Shown here one piece after another: positions 36,445 to 49,477 of a DNA stretch of 64,000 nt. The notes beneath the pieces are model-generated. The model did not search any database. It was not told the origin of the DNA and saw only the letters and a program-made list of their open reading frames with translations. This stretch comes from Chrysomallon squamiferum (lineage: Eukaryota; Animalia; Mollusca), in the NCBI GenBank assembly GCA_012295275.1, contig CM022672.1:19282001-19346000 (forward strand), written 5' to 3'. A program made the translations under genes and the position numbers. Numbering within the stretch: the stretch's first letter is position 1; each line of letters opens with the position of its first letter.

Positions 36445-39400
36445 TTGTTTTTAAACAAAAGAAAAGTGAGTTGGAGAGCATGATGCAGCAGGCCAAACTG
36501 GACTGGGTGGTGAAAGAGTCACAGCTGAGAGGGAAAATAACATCACTCGAGTCTCAGATCTTAGACCTGGAAACAGCACGGGAACACGAGAGAAGTGAAG
36601 TGAATCAGCAAATTGTAAGATTATTATTTTTGTATTATTATTATTATCATTATTATCATTATTATTATGATTATTATTATTATTATTATAATTATTATTA
36701 TTATTATTATTATTATTACTACCATTACTACTATTACTACCATTAGTACTACTTTAGCTTCTATGGCTACTACCACTATTACGATTACTATGACTAATGC
36801 TGCTTTTACTACTACTATAACTACTATTGCCACTACCACTCCTGTTTCCATTATCACTATACTACTATTATCACTACTATTACTACTACTATGCCACTAC
36901 AACTAAAGCTGTTACTACTACTAGTACCTTTACTAACAATATTCCTACTACCACTACTACTGACACTACAACTCCTATTCCTATTACCACTATTTATATT
37001 TCTGACAAATACTGTTTGCCAAACATACACATACACAGATATATATATTATTATTATTATTATTCAGGCTCATTATGAAACAAGGGAACAAGAGTACGTT
37101 CAGAAACAGCTTAATTTCGAGAAGGAAGTACAGAATTTGGAGGCTGAACATGCTGAATTACAAACTAAAATGTTAAATCAAATGTCAGAACTGGAATCAC
37201 ACAAGAAAGCTTTACAAACCAAGTCCACGAGCGAATCCACACTGCTGGACAAGGTGAGGACAAAGTGCATATTTGTTTTCCAGGTCAGATCCAGAATTTC
37301 AGAAAGGATGGTGCCACGATTTTGCTTGTTATAATATCAAAGATGAACAAATTTCATAGTAAAGTGGAAAGTACCAGTTGACAAAAAGTAAGGTACAATG
37401 ACATCATTGATTCATTGATAAGAAAAATAACATCCCTTCAGTCACAAATGGAATGTAATGTCTCGAGTCGTCTTGATTTATGGTGTAATTTTCTATAAAA
37501 TTTCATAAAATTTCCTGTTTGTAACTGAAAATAATCTTCTTGATAGGAATATGTATTTATGAGGTAATTGTCTCACATCTGGAATAATTTTTTTTAAATA
37601 TCACTTATCAGCTTTTGTTTCTTTCTGTCCACATAGAAAATTATTAATATTATTATTATCGTAAATTACTGTATATACTTGTGTATAAGTCAAATTTTTG
37701 GGAGACTATATTAAGGTAATATTTTGGGGGTCGACTTATACATGGGTAATGCTTTTGTAGCTGTTGCTGAAGAGTCGCCATTTTGACTATTTTTTGCTAC
37801 AGGATGCATCTAAAATAATCACGGTCTTTCAGCTTTTCAAAAATAAAATTAAATAACAAAACCAAATATGAATGTAAAACATGATATTCTTCCGTTTAAT
37901 GACTTCTCTGCCAAATTGCACTAAATATCGGTCCTAATTTCATAAACAAAACTCACTTGTGTAATTGTAAAGAATTTGGTGAAATAATATTGCAATCGTC
38001 ATTAATATCCACTACCGACAAATCGAAAACAAACTAAATTTCTATAAACGTTCTGCAACAAAAATCAGTTCAACTTCTCGCCATATTTGTTATTCTAGTC
38101 GGTTGCCAAGTGCGCGAAGCCTCGGCCAATTAGCGCGCTAGGAATAGGATCGGGGGCGTCTTGTAGCAGTTTCAATAGAAAAAAATATTGCTGAGGTTCC
38201 GAAATTATCTTACTTTGAATTGCACGTGCAAGTTATGTTACAGTAGGCGTACAATGTAGGCCTTCATGTTGGTCTAAAAATAGTGACAGTGCCTGGAATC
38301 TACAGTTGACTTACACACAAGTAATACCTAAAATGACGCAATTTTTGGTCTTAAAATACACATCGACTTATACATAAGGTCGCCTTGTACACAAGTATAT
38401 ACGGTATATAATGTTGTCAATTTATTTGGTTAAATTCATTCTAGTTTTGTCTAACATATAAATAATATTAGCAATATTTTTGATTAGGTGAGCTTTTGAG
38501 TAAATGTTGATTAGTGGAAATATTTCTCTTTTAGTTTTTTTTTGTTTTTTTGTTTAATTTTTTTTTTTTACATGAAACCATAAATCTCTATACATTTAAT
38601 TATTATAAGTTTAAAAATATTCTGATGAAATTTATTTACAAAAGTGACATTTCAAAAATAATGTTTTGACAAGGTTTCTGGTCTAGAAACACAAGTAGAG
38701 GTTTTAAAACAGAAGATAGAATCTATTCACAGAGATTCTAGACTACAACAAGTTGAACTCAGGGAAAGTGAAAAAGGTAAAGAATTTAGTTTTGAGGTTT
38801 TTTTTTTAAATTAAAAAAATGCAAGAAAAATTATAATTGTACAGAAACAAAATAAGTAACACTTGCAAAGATTGAGAATCCATGAGAGGTATGAATAAAT
38901 AACCTATATTATGTCATTTATGATACTTTGGATAAAATCTGAAATAGAGTGCTTGCATCTAATAATTTGTGATAGAGCTAAATGTCTGTTGCTTTTGTCC
39001 ATTTTTATTTTTTATTATTATAATTATTTTTTTATTATTATTTTTTTTATATATATTTTTAGAAATAGTAAAATAAATATTAATAGCTCTGCTTAAGTTG
39101 TTATATAAATATTCTGTACAGTTGTATTATATTTTACAAAAAACAAAATTATTATTATTTTTATTATTATTATTTGTTTTAAAAACAGATAAAGATGAAC
39201 TGTTGGTAAGAAATGCTGAGTTGTCACAACAGATGGAGTCCCATCGACAGAAGATGCTGGAGAGACAACAAGAACTTCAAGCAGAGATTGACAACAAGTC
39301 GAGTACAATAGAGTCTCTCCAGAAATCTATATCACAGTTTGAGGACAAGTTATCTCATTATCACAACCGGGTAAGAAATTAATGTAAAACACTGGGCATA

Positions 39401-41423
39401 AACTTGCACCCATTTTCAACACACTGCTGGATACATAGTAAATAATCAGTCAAAACTGTTGTATATTTATGCTTTAAAGTTCGTTCAAAAGATTGTTGAG
39501 AAAAAAATATATTTTACATACTATTATTATTACAGCTACCATTATAATACTGATCCTAGAAATAACAACTTTGTTGTTCATTCAATTGTTATTTTTGTTT
39601 TATAAAAGACTGAATAGTATATATGATCCTACAGTTATAAACTGTGTTTCTTATATTTATTTCAAATCAATAAAATTATTTAAATCCAATGCTAATGTAA
39701 AATAATTCCTTGATATTTTGAAGTTAGTTGAAATTGTTGTTAATTCAAAGTATAAGACATAGACATCATTACAATTTTGAGGGTTTTTTTAAAATTAATT
39801 CTTACCTTGATGGTGGTTCACACTTCTAGAATCCTAGTTGTTTTATTGGGTTTGTTATTTTTATTATTATTATTTTTTTTTTCTGTTTATTCCAGATTCA
39901 ACATTTTGAAAAAGCTGAGACACAGACAGTGGAAAGGAACATTGCACATGATGAACTTGAAAAAACCGTGATGTCATTACAAGACCAAATTTCAGAAAAA
40001 AACAAGGTCTAATGCTTTTACTATAGCAGTTAATATAAAATATATTAATGTCAGTAAAACAATCAGTGAGAAGTCCAAGCATGAATTCTGTGTAAATTTA
40101 TTCGATATCTATGATCAGTTACCAAAAGTATTATGTTCTATATTTTAACATGAAATATGTCATTGTTATTTAAAAATTTAATCAAGTGTCCTCTTGAATT
40201 TGTTACAAAATTATTCATCCATATCTTACCTGTAACCAGTCAGAAACTCAGTTTTATAATGTCACAGTTTTCAAGCTGATTATCAGTCAAAGAGCGTAAC
40301 CACTTTCTGCACTTAAAATTGTTTTAGCTCTCCCACAATTCACCAAAAAAACTGCGGACACAAACAGTTTCAGCCTATTCTAAATTACAATCTAAATGAA
40401 ACATTTTTAACATAAATACATCACATTTGTTTGATATCATAATCATTATGATTATAATTTAGAAAATATGTTTTTTTTTTATATGTTTATCTGATTTAAT
40501 CTGTTTGCTGTCTCAGATTCTGAAGAAACAAGAGCAGACGTTAAAAGACCTGAGAATAACACTTCAGCGTGAGCTCAGAGTGCAGGCCCTGCCAAACGAC
40601 GACTCCTCCGAGCTGAGAGAATCGTCAAACTCGCCTGTCCCCAGCAGAAAGTCAGACTCGCATAAACACAGCTCGCATGAGCCCTGGAATAACCCGAACC
40701 TCACTCACAAGAACCAGATTGGCGACCAGTCTTACGCCCAGGCCTCGGCAGCAGCGATGGAGAGTCGAGATGACGCCAAACTGAAGAAAGGAATGCAGGG
40801 AATTCGCCAGGAGCTGGACAAAGACGTCAATTTTCAGTACCTGAAACACGTCATTCTAAAATTCTGCTGCAGTCGAGAGTCTGAGGTATTCACCCTTTTA
40901 GAAAATTTGATGTCATTTTGGTTAATGTTTTTAACACTGAAGTTTCATTTTTAGAGTGTGAGATATTTATTTTATTTATTTAGAAAAACTTGGGCACATT
41001 CCCTTTACATATAATGCTCTGTGAGTTATTTGTCCTCTATGAATTTCTGTGTCTTTTTTCTCTGGAGTAGTGGTAGTAGTTTTCTGTCATATCTTCAAGA
41101 CAAAATGATATTTTATATTTTATGTGCTATTTTATGTGATATTTTATATTTTATATTTTATGACAAAACAAAAGGGAAAATGTTGACCTTTCATCATTGA
41201 GGGGTACTTTGTCATCAAATACTTCCAGAAATATTGTGATTCCATGTTTCCTTTCTATTTTCAGTCAATACAGCTGATCAAGGCACTGTCCATGTTACTG
41301 CACTTCAGTCGAGATGAACAGGAGTTGTTAAAACAGACTCTACAGTGGAAGATGTCCTGGTTTGGACCTAAACCACATGTAGGTCAAGGACAGACTTCCA
41401 AAATCATACCTCCGTCGTACTGA
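26459..41423 (+). CDS. GOLGA1: Golgin subfamily A member 1 (golgin-97): coiled coil plus C-terminal GRIP domain, 20 coding exons
   Basis: N-terminus MFAKLKERI; QELAKVKHML; GRIP segment NFQYLKHVILKFCCSRESE..LIKALSMLLHFS..WKMSWFGPKP. Exons approximately 26459-26572, 27114-27223, 27718-27814, 28315-28389, 28864-28961, 29446-29574, 30354-30502, 31464-31575, 32083-32178, 32618-32746, 33554-33649, 35052-35147, 36055-36150, 36462-36614, 37068-37253, 38674-38776, 39189-39370, 39896-40006, 40517-40885, 41264-41423. A likely 5'UTR exon ends at the GTAAGT donor at 25761. Confidence 0.93.
33055..33530. repeat. Degenerate minisatellite with an ATTCTAGTTTTGTGT-like core
   Basis: About 10 irregularly spaced, diverged copies, for example at 33169, 33202, 33281, 33365 and 33489. 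Confidence 0.6.
36620..37064. repeat. (TAT)n/(TAC)n trinucleotide low-complexity tract filling a GOLGA1 intron
   Basis: Directly visible. It generates the spurious poly-Y, poly-I and poly-T ORFs in the track. Confidence 0.93.
37669..38404. mobile_element. Non-autonomous Tc1/mariner-superfamily DNA transposon (MITE with Tc2/pogo-like ends) in a GOLGA1 intron
   Basis: The terminal inverted repeats CTGTATATACTTGTGTATAAG and CTTGTACACAAGTATATACGG differ at 2 positions and are flanked by TA on both sides (37667-68, 38405-06). Subterminal GTCGACTTATAC-like repeats occur near 37730, 38306, 38362 and 38379. There is no transposase ORF. Confidence 0.88.
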
Positions 41424-41789
41424 TCAGGAGAACCATTTGCAACCAGTGTCTTTCAAACAGTACATTAATTTTTAAAATAACTGCTTTATCGTGTAAAAAG
41501 ATGTAATTATGTACTAGTGTTTATTACAAAGTGCTTCTTCTTCTGTGGTATCTAGCAGGAGTATCTGTGTCAGCTAACTCAAGAAAGAGGACAGGACTGT
41601 TGGATTTTGCTTGGAATTCTTTTAGTGGGTTTTGCTATAATCAAAAGGGCAACAGTTTTACCAATAATACAAAGGAATGTTCAACCCACACAGTGTATAA
41701 CACTGATGTTTGTCCTCTCCACGAGTTTTTTCTTTTCTTAGAACCATTCACAATGTTGTGATTACACAATTAATATTTTTTATTTAAAT

Positions 41790-41824
<35 letters not shown>

Positions 41825-43824
41825 GCAAAAAAAATGCTATTTATCCAAATGTACATTGTGTTCTGTCTATGACTTAATTTGGTATTAGTTAGTAAACATA
41901 ATGTATTATAGGGTGAGGGTGAGGGAATAAAATGATGTTTATACTAATGTATTTGGACTGTTTTCTTTCCATAACATATTCTGTGTCTGCTTTGAATAAT
42001 TCTGCTTTTTATGACTGGATACATTTTTTCTTCTTTTTTTTTTAAGTCAAGGGCAAACCACTGAAACAAACATTTTAATATTTCTTTCTCTGTTACCAGC
42101 CTTTTTTTTTTGTTTTTGCTAAGAAAATTAATTCCAGATATTAGTTCTATTGTGCACCTATATTCATTTGCATAATATTATTTAACTTGAATAAAAAAAA
42201 AAGTGCTATAGTTTATTACTCAAAATGGTAAAAAAAAGAAAGTTATGGTATTTATTGATACATGCACCGCCAGTCTTATAAATTACTGCCTGATTAGTGT
42301 TTTTTCACATTTAGCAAAACTTATTAATAGTAGCACTCTTAATGAACATTCAGTGCTTAATCTGTCTTCTGAATTTATTTTAACAAATATTAATTTTGTA
42401 TGGTCATGGTGCATATTTCTCGATATTACTGTAGCTTTGGAGATTATTATTGTTGTTTTTCCTAATCTATTATTGTTTTACCTTTATTATGTATAGAAAG
42501 CAAATCAGTCTGGCTTCTGTGGAGTCTGCTAAAAAGTCACAAAAATGGTGGCCTCCATGAAAGAATATTTAATGCTTGTTTTGTTTATGTTTTTTTGTTA
42601 TTATTAAAATCACTCATTTTTATTTGTTACACACTGATTTATACTGATGTACCATTAGGCCTTAGTATTTCTTTAAACACAACTGGAATGACGAGTTACA
42701 CGACTGTCATCTTTACACTGTATCAGAATTTATTCACAAAAGACAGTATTTATATTGTTAGGCTGTCAGAATATGTCTTTTAAAAAGAATAACATAAAAA
42801 TTCCAGTATATGTATTTCATCATAGAACTCTCTAGATGTGTAACATTGATTTTATTTTTTGGTGTTTAACAATGGTGTCACCATCTAATCATTGCAAAAC
42901 AAACTCAGTTGGCTGCCCATCACGATTAGTAAAATCTTAATTTAAAGCAAATTTAGATCTGTACATTATTGCACATTATGAATTTAAAGTAAATTTAGTT
43001 TTATACATTATTTTTACAATGTTAATATTTAAATTCATGCTATCTGTAATCCCTTTCGTAAAACAGAGGATCAACCATAATTCAGATTTAATCACTGATT
43101 GTAAACAGAAGATAAACAAATTGATAAATTCAGATTCCACACATATGAAATTATTTACAGAAGTATCTTTGGCAATTCTGTGTAAATAAGTACTATGTGT
43201 GTTCTGTTCAATCTTTGCTGAATATACATATATATAAACATGCATATGCAGATGAATTTCTTCCATAGACATTTAAATGAGGGAAAAAATACTTTGACTT
43301 AGAAAGAGGATTGGCAGAACATTGAATCTGTTGCAGCTGCTATGTTTTGCCCAGTGACGTATTTCTGTACAGATCATAATCTGGTCCATCTTTAGAGACA
43401 CAGATGCTTGATATTTTATGTTGCTGTGTACCTAAACTATTGACTTCTTCTTACTAAATACCGTTCTTTCAATTCATTGGTGTCATATTTTGACTTGAGA
43501 AGACGAATATAAGTTGCTGACATTGGTTCAACCCAAGACTCTGAGCACGTATGTATTATTTTTCCATGACATCATCTTTTGTTAAATGAAGAAAACATTT
43601 GGTATATTTTAGCGATATCGAAGATGCAAAATGTGTTGTTAATTTTTGTCACATAATTGTTATATTTAAACATTGTAGCAACACTTAAATTGTGGGATTG
43701 TTTTGTTGTTGTTTTTTAAAGTAAGATTAGTAATTTAATAGTGTTGTGGTCAGATAATCATATAGTTGAAAAATAATTGTTGATCTTCATAGTATATTGT
43801 TTTGGAAGATTATTATTATTATTG

Positions 43825-43877
<53 letters not shown>

Positions 43878-46800
43878 TAAATAAACTTGATTCCTTGAAT
43901 TTAGCATAAAATGTATGTAATAAATAAAAATTTAAGCAACTAAATTTTTGATTTCATAACAAAATTCAGTGTATTTCACTGTAAAGCATCTGCTCATGTC
44001 TAAAAATATTTCGATAACATCTGCTCATAAATTTGTTGCTGTGGTTACAACCAAAGAGAAGTAACAGTTTCTTGAGACAATTACAGATCTTCTAGATCTT
44101 TGTTTCAGTTTTCAAACCAAATTTAGGTTTTGTTTCTATGGAAATATTTTTGTGGGCGTGTTTAAGGGGAGTTGTAACTTTTGGATTTTAGGTTCATTAG
44201 ACTTTTGGGAACCGGGCAGGTGCATTTGAAATCTAATGAGATCATAAGAGAACATTTTAGACATTGACTGAGAAACTGGAAATGCCCATTTGTTTTAAAT
44301 TAGGAAATTTGTCCAGATGGAAAATGTATGCATGAATATCTGCCTTCTTACAGCTGGACATTGGTCATTTTCACCAGTGTTCATGTGCAATATTTAAGAT
44401 ATGAAATTAGATGAAGTGTGTGGTAACCAGATATTTATATGAAATACCTGAAGAATTAAATATATATTTTTTTTTAAATAACCACATCAACCCATTTGAT
44501 GTTGACACACAATTTTAAAAGGCAGCAATATTGTATTCGTTACAGAATATTTTACAGTCCTTGCTTTTTTTGTAATATACAAGAATTAGTACGCATATTA
44601 ATGTGACAGTTGTTATCACAGATTATGAAAACTTATTTACAAGGTTGTTTTTTCTTCTTCTTTTTTCTTAAAATTAATTTTTTTTTTTTTCATTATTAGT
44701 CAGTACAGTATAACCATTACCAGGAATAAAAATTCAATATCCTTTCCAAAATTTGAACATTACTTCAACAGTAGTATTGATAGTGCTGTCTAGAATCACC
44801 AGAGATAAATCTGTTCAGTAAGATGGTTAATGTTTTTAGGTTATTTTTCTGATTTTTAATTTTTTGATTTTTTATTATCATTATTTTTGTTTACTATGTA
44901 TTTCTAAATTACATTCATCGGGATATACACAGGTAGAAATATGTGCACAAAGTGGCCAGATATGAAGTAAATCGTTTTTCAATAAGGGTGTGGGTTTTTT
45001 CTGCAATTTTTAAGCAATAAGGGGCATAAATTGTTTACATATTATCATTATTTGTTTAATTCAAAAAGATCATAAAGTGTCCATTATTTTAACCTGCTAC
45101 AAAAATCTATTTATATAACTGCAGTAACATCATAGTTGTTGTATTTATCTGCTGATTGTGGCTTTATTTCATTTATATGCTAATCAGTCAGCTTTTCCAA
45201 AAGCTGATTGCAATTAAATTATTATCTTTGTATATTTTCTATTTCTTTTGAGGATAATGTATCTTTTGATATTTATTAATTCTCACTGATTGTAGTATTT
45301 TATTATTTTTTGTTTCAATTTGTTTTGTACAATATATGCAAATCCATTATTTAAATTACTAGGAATGTTTTTTTAGTAACTATTTGTTATGTCTCGTCTT
45401 TAATATATAAATAATATATAAATATGACCGGTATATATAATAATGATAATAAATTTTAAAAACACATTTTAAAATATATTTATTTTGTTTTCTTATTACC
45501 ATTATTTATATTCCATAACTGCAGCAACAACGTTATCTGGATTCTGTTTCAAATATTTTTTCTTTTCTTTTTTTGTGTATTAAAGCAACAAAACAACAAC
45601 AACATCTGCATTGAATGCAAAGTTCCCACACAACTTTATGCAGTTAAACAATAAGTGTTGTGCATCTGTGACACGAATATTATTTTTCTTTTTCTGTATT
45701 TCTTTATCATTATATTTTGTTTTCTTTTAAACAAGACAAATACACATATTATAATAATTCACTGTAAATCATGCAGTTGTAATTCTCCTGTTATTTGTTT
45801 TTAATTATAAATTATTTTGTCACGGAAAATATTAATATCCTTATATTTATGAAAGTATTAAAACTGATTACATGATCATATTTGTTACAATTTCTTCTTT
45901 ATCAGTTAGGCTGATTAAAGGGCATGGCTATTTCCCTCACAACCAATTGCTCCAAGGCTGAATGCTGTTGTTTATCACTCACAAATGAAATTGTCTTAAC
46001 ACTGTTAAACTAATGTGTAGTCGGTCAGTCTTATAGTGTTAATATTAGACAGCAACTGTTTGATTTAAGATGTGTTGTTAAAAGATGTGGCCTAGTCACA
46101 AAAAAAGAAGAATCGTTTAGTCGAATCTTAGTCTTGGCATAAATTAGGGATTGTTTAATGTACCAGAGTCATTATCTTCTATTTTTAAAATTACATTATT
46201 GTCCATAATTATGTATTATACAGTTTAAAATAAATATTAATATCAGAAAATTAGAGGATCAGTCTTATTTGTTGCTTAGGGATAACTAATTAAAGATGTG
46301 TTTTTCTTATTTACTTTTAATTATTCAAATAGTATTAGATTTTAGATATTTATAATTATAATAATAATAACATAGAATGAAAAAAAAAGCAAAATACACA
46401 TACAGACACACACACACACACATGCAAATGCACATGGTAAATCAAAGGGGAATAATTTGGACATACCTAGAAGAAATTGGTACTGGTGTGTTTTCATCTG
46501 TGCAAAAATCTGATTAACCAAAATATCCCCCTTCATCCATGGGTCATACATGTGTTGCCATATTAATGTTCATTCTGGCTTTTGTGTGTTATTCTGTTGA
46601 TTTTAACAAATAATACAACACAATGAGGAAATTAATCTTTATTATTATTATTATTATTATTATACTTACAAGTATAATATTTACTATTAATTAAGAGACT
46701 TACAAAAAAAAAAAAAAATTCTTGAGCAGTAATAAAAACTTTTAGCAAAAAGATAAAGAAAAAGCAAGGAGAAAATAAGATACTTTAAAACAGATTTGGA

Positions 46801-47445
46801 TTAAACTTTACGATATTATTTGCAGGTTTTATGGAATAAAGATTTTAAAAAAAAAAAAAAACAGTATTTTCTTAAACAGTAATCACAATTTTATATATAG
46901 TTATAATTGCTTTTTAAAAACACACACACACACACACAGAGATGGACAGATAGATACAGATATTTAAGTTTGTCCACGTTACAGCTCATTAATTACTTAA
47001 AGCATTTTTCTTTTCTGTTTTTTAATCTGTGAATAATAAGAATATAAGACAGTGAATGACTGTTTGTTTCTAAAAACTTTTTTTATTATTATTCTTTGGG
47101 GTTTTTTAAAGGAAGAAAAAAAAAAAAAAAAAGAAATGAAAGAGATTAATAAACTTAATGTTTGAAAAGAAAAAATATCCATCAGCTAGCCCTGAAATAA
47201 GAAGAAAACTTGTCACACTCTCAATGTTTGTATGCAGATGAACTGGACATTTGTGTTCAGCATCTGAGGTTTTTCTTATTATTGTTATTTACCAGCCACT
47301 TATTATAATGGTTTGTAATAGATTTTAATTTATTATTTTTGTTTTCTTCATGCCAACAACTTTCATTTTGTTTCAGTTTATGAATACATTTGAATTTTAT
47401 TCTAATAAGTTAGTATATATAATTAATCTACAAAAACTCCCACAA

Positions 47446-47490
<45 letters not shown>

Positions 47491-47829
47491 TATCCAGTTA
47501 AATTAATTTTACACTATACCACCATACCAAGCCTCGTTTTTCATTACATTTAGTATTTGTTTTTTGTTACGTTACATTTTTGTTTTTGTTTTGTTTTTTA
47601 ATTTAAAATATATATATATGAATTATAAAAAAATTAATATCATGCATGACGTTAACATTTAATTCTACTACCAAGTTCCTGAACAAGAACGAGATGGAAG
47701 TAAAAATAAATTAATAACTCAGCAATTTTATCACATTATTTTCGTATTTACTGTCCACACTTTCCATTACAAAAACAATTCGTGAGACAGTTTTCCATTC
47801 GGGAGCAACATTTCCGTTCGCTAAACGAT

Positions 47830-48462
47830 TCACTTGCACTCACATGATATTGTGGTATCTGATGTGCATAGACTTTCAGCCCTATTGTTATTTTTATGCC
47901 GATCAGTCATGCTCCTGGTTATTGGTCTGGCTCCTCGGGAAGATGCACTTTTCTTGTGTGACCGTTTCTTTGACTTCTGAAAAACGTTCATGGGCTGATA
48001 ACAAAGTCCAGTAATTAATATTACTGCGGCTATGACAATCGCAAAAGCTGCTCTGTACTGATCAGAAAATGCGTTGTATCTCCCAATCACTTGCGTGACA
48101 ACACAAGGGAACTGTGCATAAAGCGGAAACCAAACGTAAAACAGAGCCTGAATGGGAAAACTGCAAATGAGCAAGGCTCCGAGGATCTCTCGAATGAATA
48201 ACTTTTTTAGAATGTTTTTATTTCTTATGGTGCAAACTATTTTCTCAGCGAAGATAATACAGCACCAAGCGAAAATAAATAAAAAAGAGTTAGTTAAAAC
48301 TAATCCGGTTGTGTTTATATGCTGCTGATAAAATGCCGCCAGAAAGGTCCAGATCAACAAGATTTCGAGTTTGAAAAATCCGCTGTTAAGAATAGAATAG
48401 AAGGCGAATCTTGCTGGTGCGAAAATCAATTCTACAATTAGAAGCAAACAGCCCAAAGCCAT
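47830..48462 (-). CDS. Uncharacterised multi-pass membrane protein (about 5 hydrophobic helices, basic Ser/Arg/Lys-rich C-tail), intronless ORF of 210 aa
   Basis: A 633-nt ORF with higher GC and CpG than its flanks and alternating hydrophobic segments. I do not recognise the family, and the start is uncertain. Confidence 0.65.
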   Translation of the reverse strand: MALGCLLLIVELIFAPARFAFYSILNSGFFKLEILLIWTFLAAFYQQHINTTGLVLTNSFLFIFAWCCIIFAEKIVCTIRNKNILKKLFIREILGALLICSFPIQALFYVWFPLYAQFPCVVTQVIGRYNAFSDQYRAAFAIVIAAVILITGLCYQPMNVFQKSKKRSHKKSASSRGARPITRSMTDRHKNNNRAESLCTSDTTISCECK

Positions 48463-48560
48463 TAATAAAGCGTAAATGGGGCATGCCTTTTGTAATATTT
48501 ACCGGACATTTCCATTTCAACCTGACACACCAAGATAATGTCGGTTGATGTGGAAATGTA

Positions 48561-48593
48561 TGACGTCATTGTTTAATAGTGCATCTGACGTCA
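48561..48593. promoter_or_regulatory. Two palindromic CRE sites (TGACGTCA) upstream of the membrane-protein ORF
   Basis: TGACGTCA at 48561-48568 and 48586-48593. Confidence 0.5.
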
Positions 48594-48886
48594 CTGTAAA
48601 GCAAGCCTTGATTACCTGTGTTAGCTAAAGTTTCTTTCATCTTTTATCTTTCAGCATATGACCTGTTATAAGGTTCCCACACGACAGTTGCATGAGGATT
48701 GACACTGGCTGTGACTGAGACAAGCCTTATACAGCCACTGACTGACCATCAATCATAGATCATCAAGTTTACCATCACTAAAACACACAGTTATGTACAA
48801 ATGGTTAATAGTTAACTGACAGTTTTTAGATACAACTGTCATAATATCTTCTCGTTAAAACGGACGTTTATATATATATATATATT

Positions 48887-48934
<48 letters not shown>

Positions 48935-48986
48935 GAGAATTGTTAATTAACAGGTACAAATTATTATTTTATTTTTATTATTATTA

Positions 48987-49035
<49 letters not shown>

Positions 49036-49053
49036 TGTTGTTGTTATTGTTGT
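48887..49053. repeat. (TTA)n microsatellites between the membrane ORF and the zinc-finger gene
   Basis: Directly visible. Confidence 0.9.
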
Positions 49054-49437
49054 AGATGCTTTTTCTTTTTGAGTGCGTGCATGCTGACGCATTCCAATGT
49101 TTATACCTAAGAATGCACAAAAATAATTTTCATTTTTCAATTTTCCAGGTGCTATTATATCTCAAATATTTTTTTTTTTTTTTTTTTCATCTGCGTCAAA
49201 CCTCGTTTTTCCTTCACAAATGATATTAAGGAGATGGTATTTTCACAAATAATAAATAACTAAGTAAATATATAAATAAATCAAATTCACCAAATATATA
49301 TGAATAGCGATTATATTAAGTATATACTTCACTAATGTATAAAAATTTATTCAGTTAAATTTGTAATTGATTAATTATAAATAATAACATATCTGACCAA
49401 AGTACCGTCTCTATATATATATTTTTTTAAATAAATC

Positions 49438-49477
<40 letters not shown>

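Noticed and set aside
36624-37078. Poly-Tyr, poly-Ile and poly-Thr ORFs
   Set aside because: They are translations of an intronic trinucleotide repeat.
41424-47829. Long ORF-free stretch after GOLGA1 (similarly 54433-59000)
   Set aside because: Consistent with long 3'UTR or intergenic DNA. I saw no tRNA, SECIS, array or structured element that I could support by eye.
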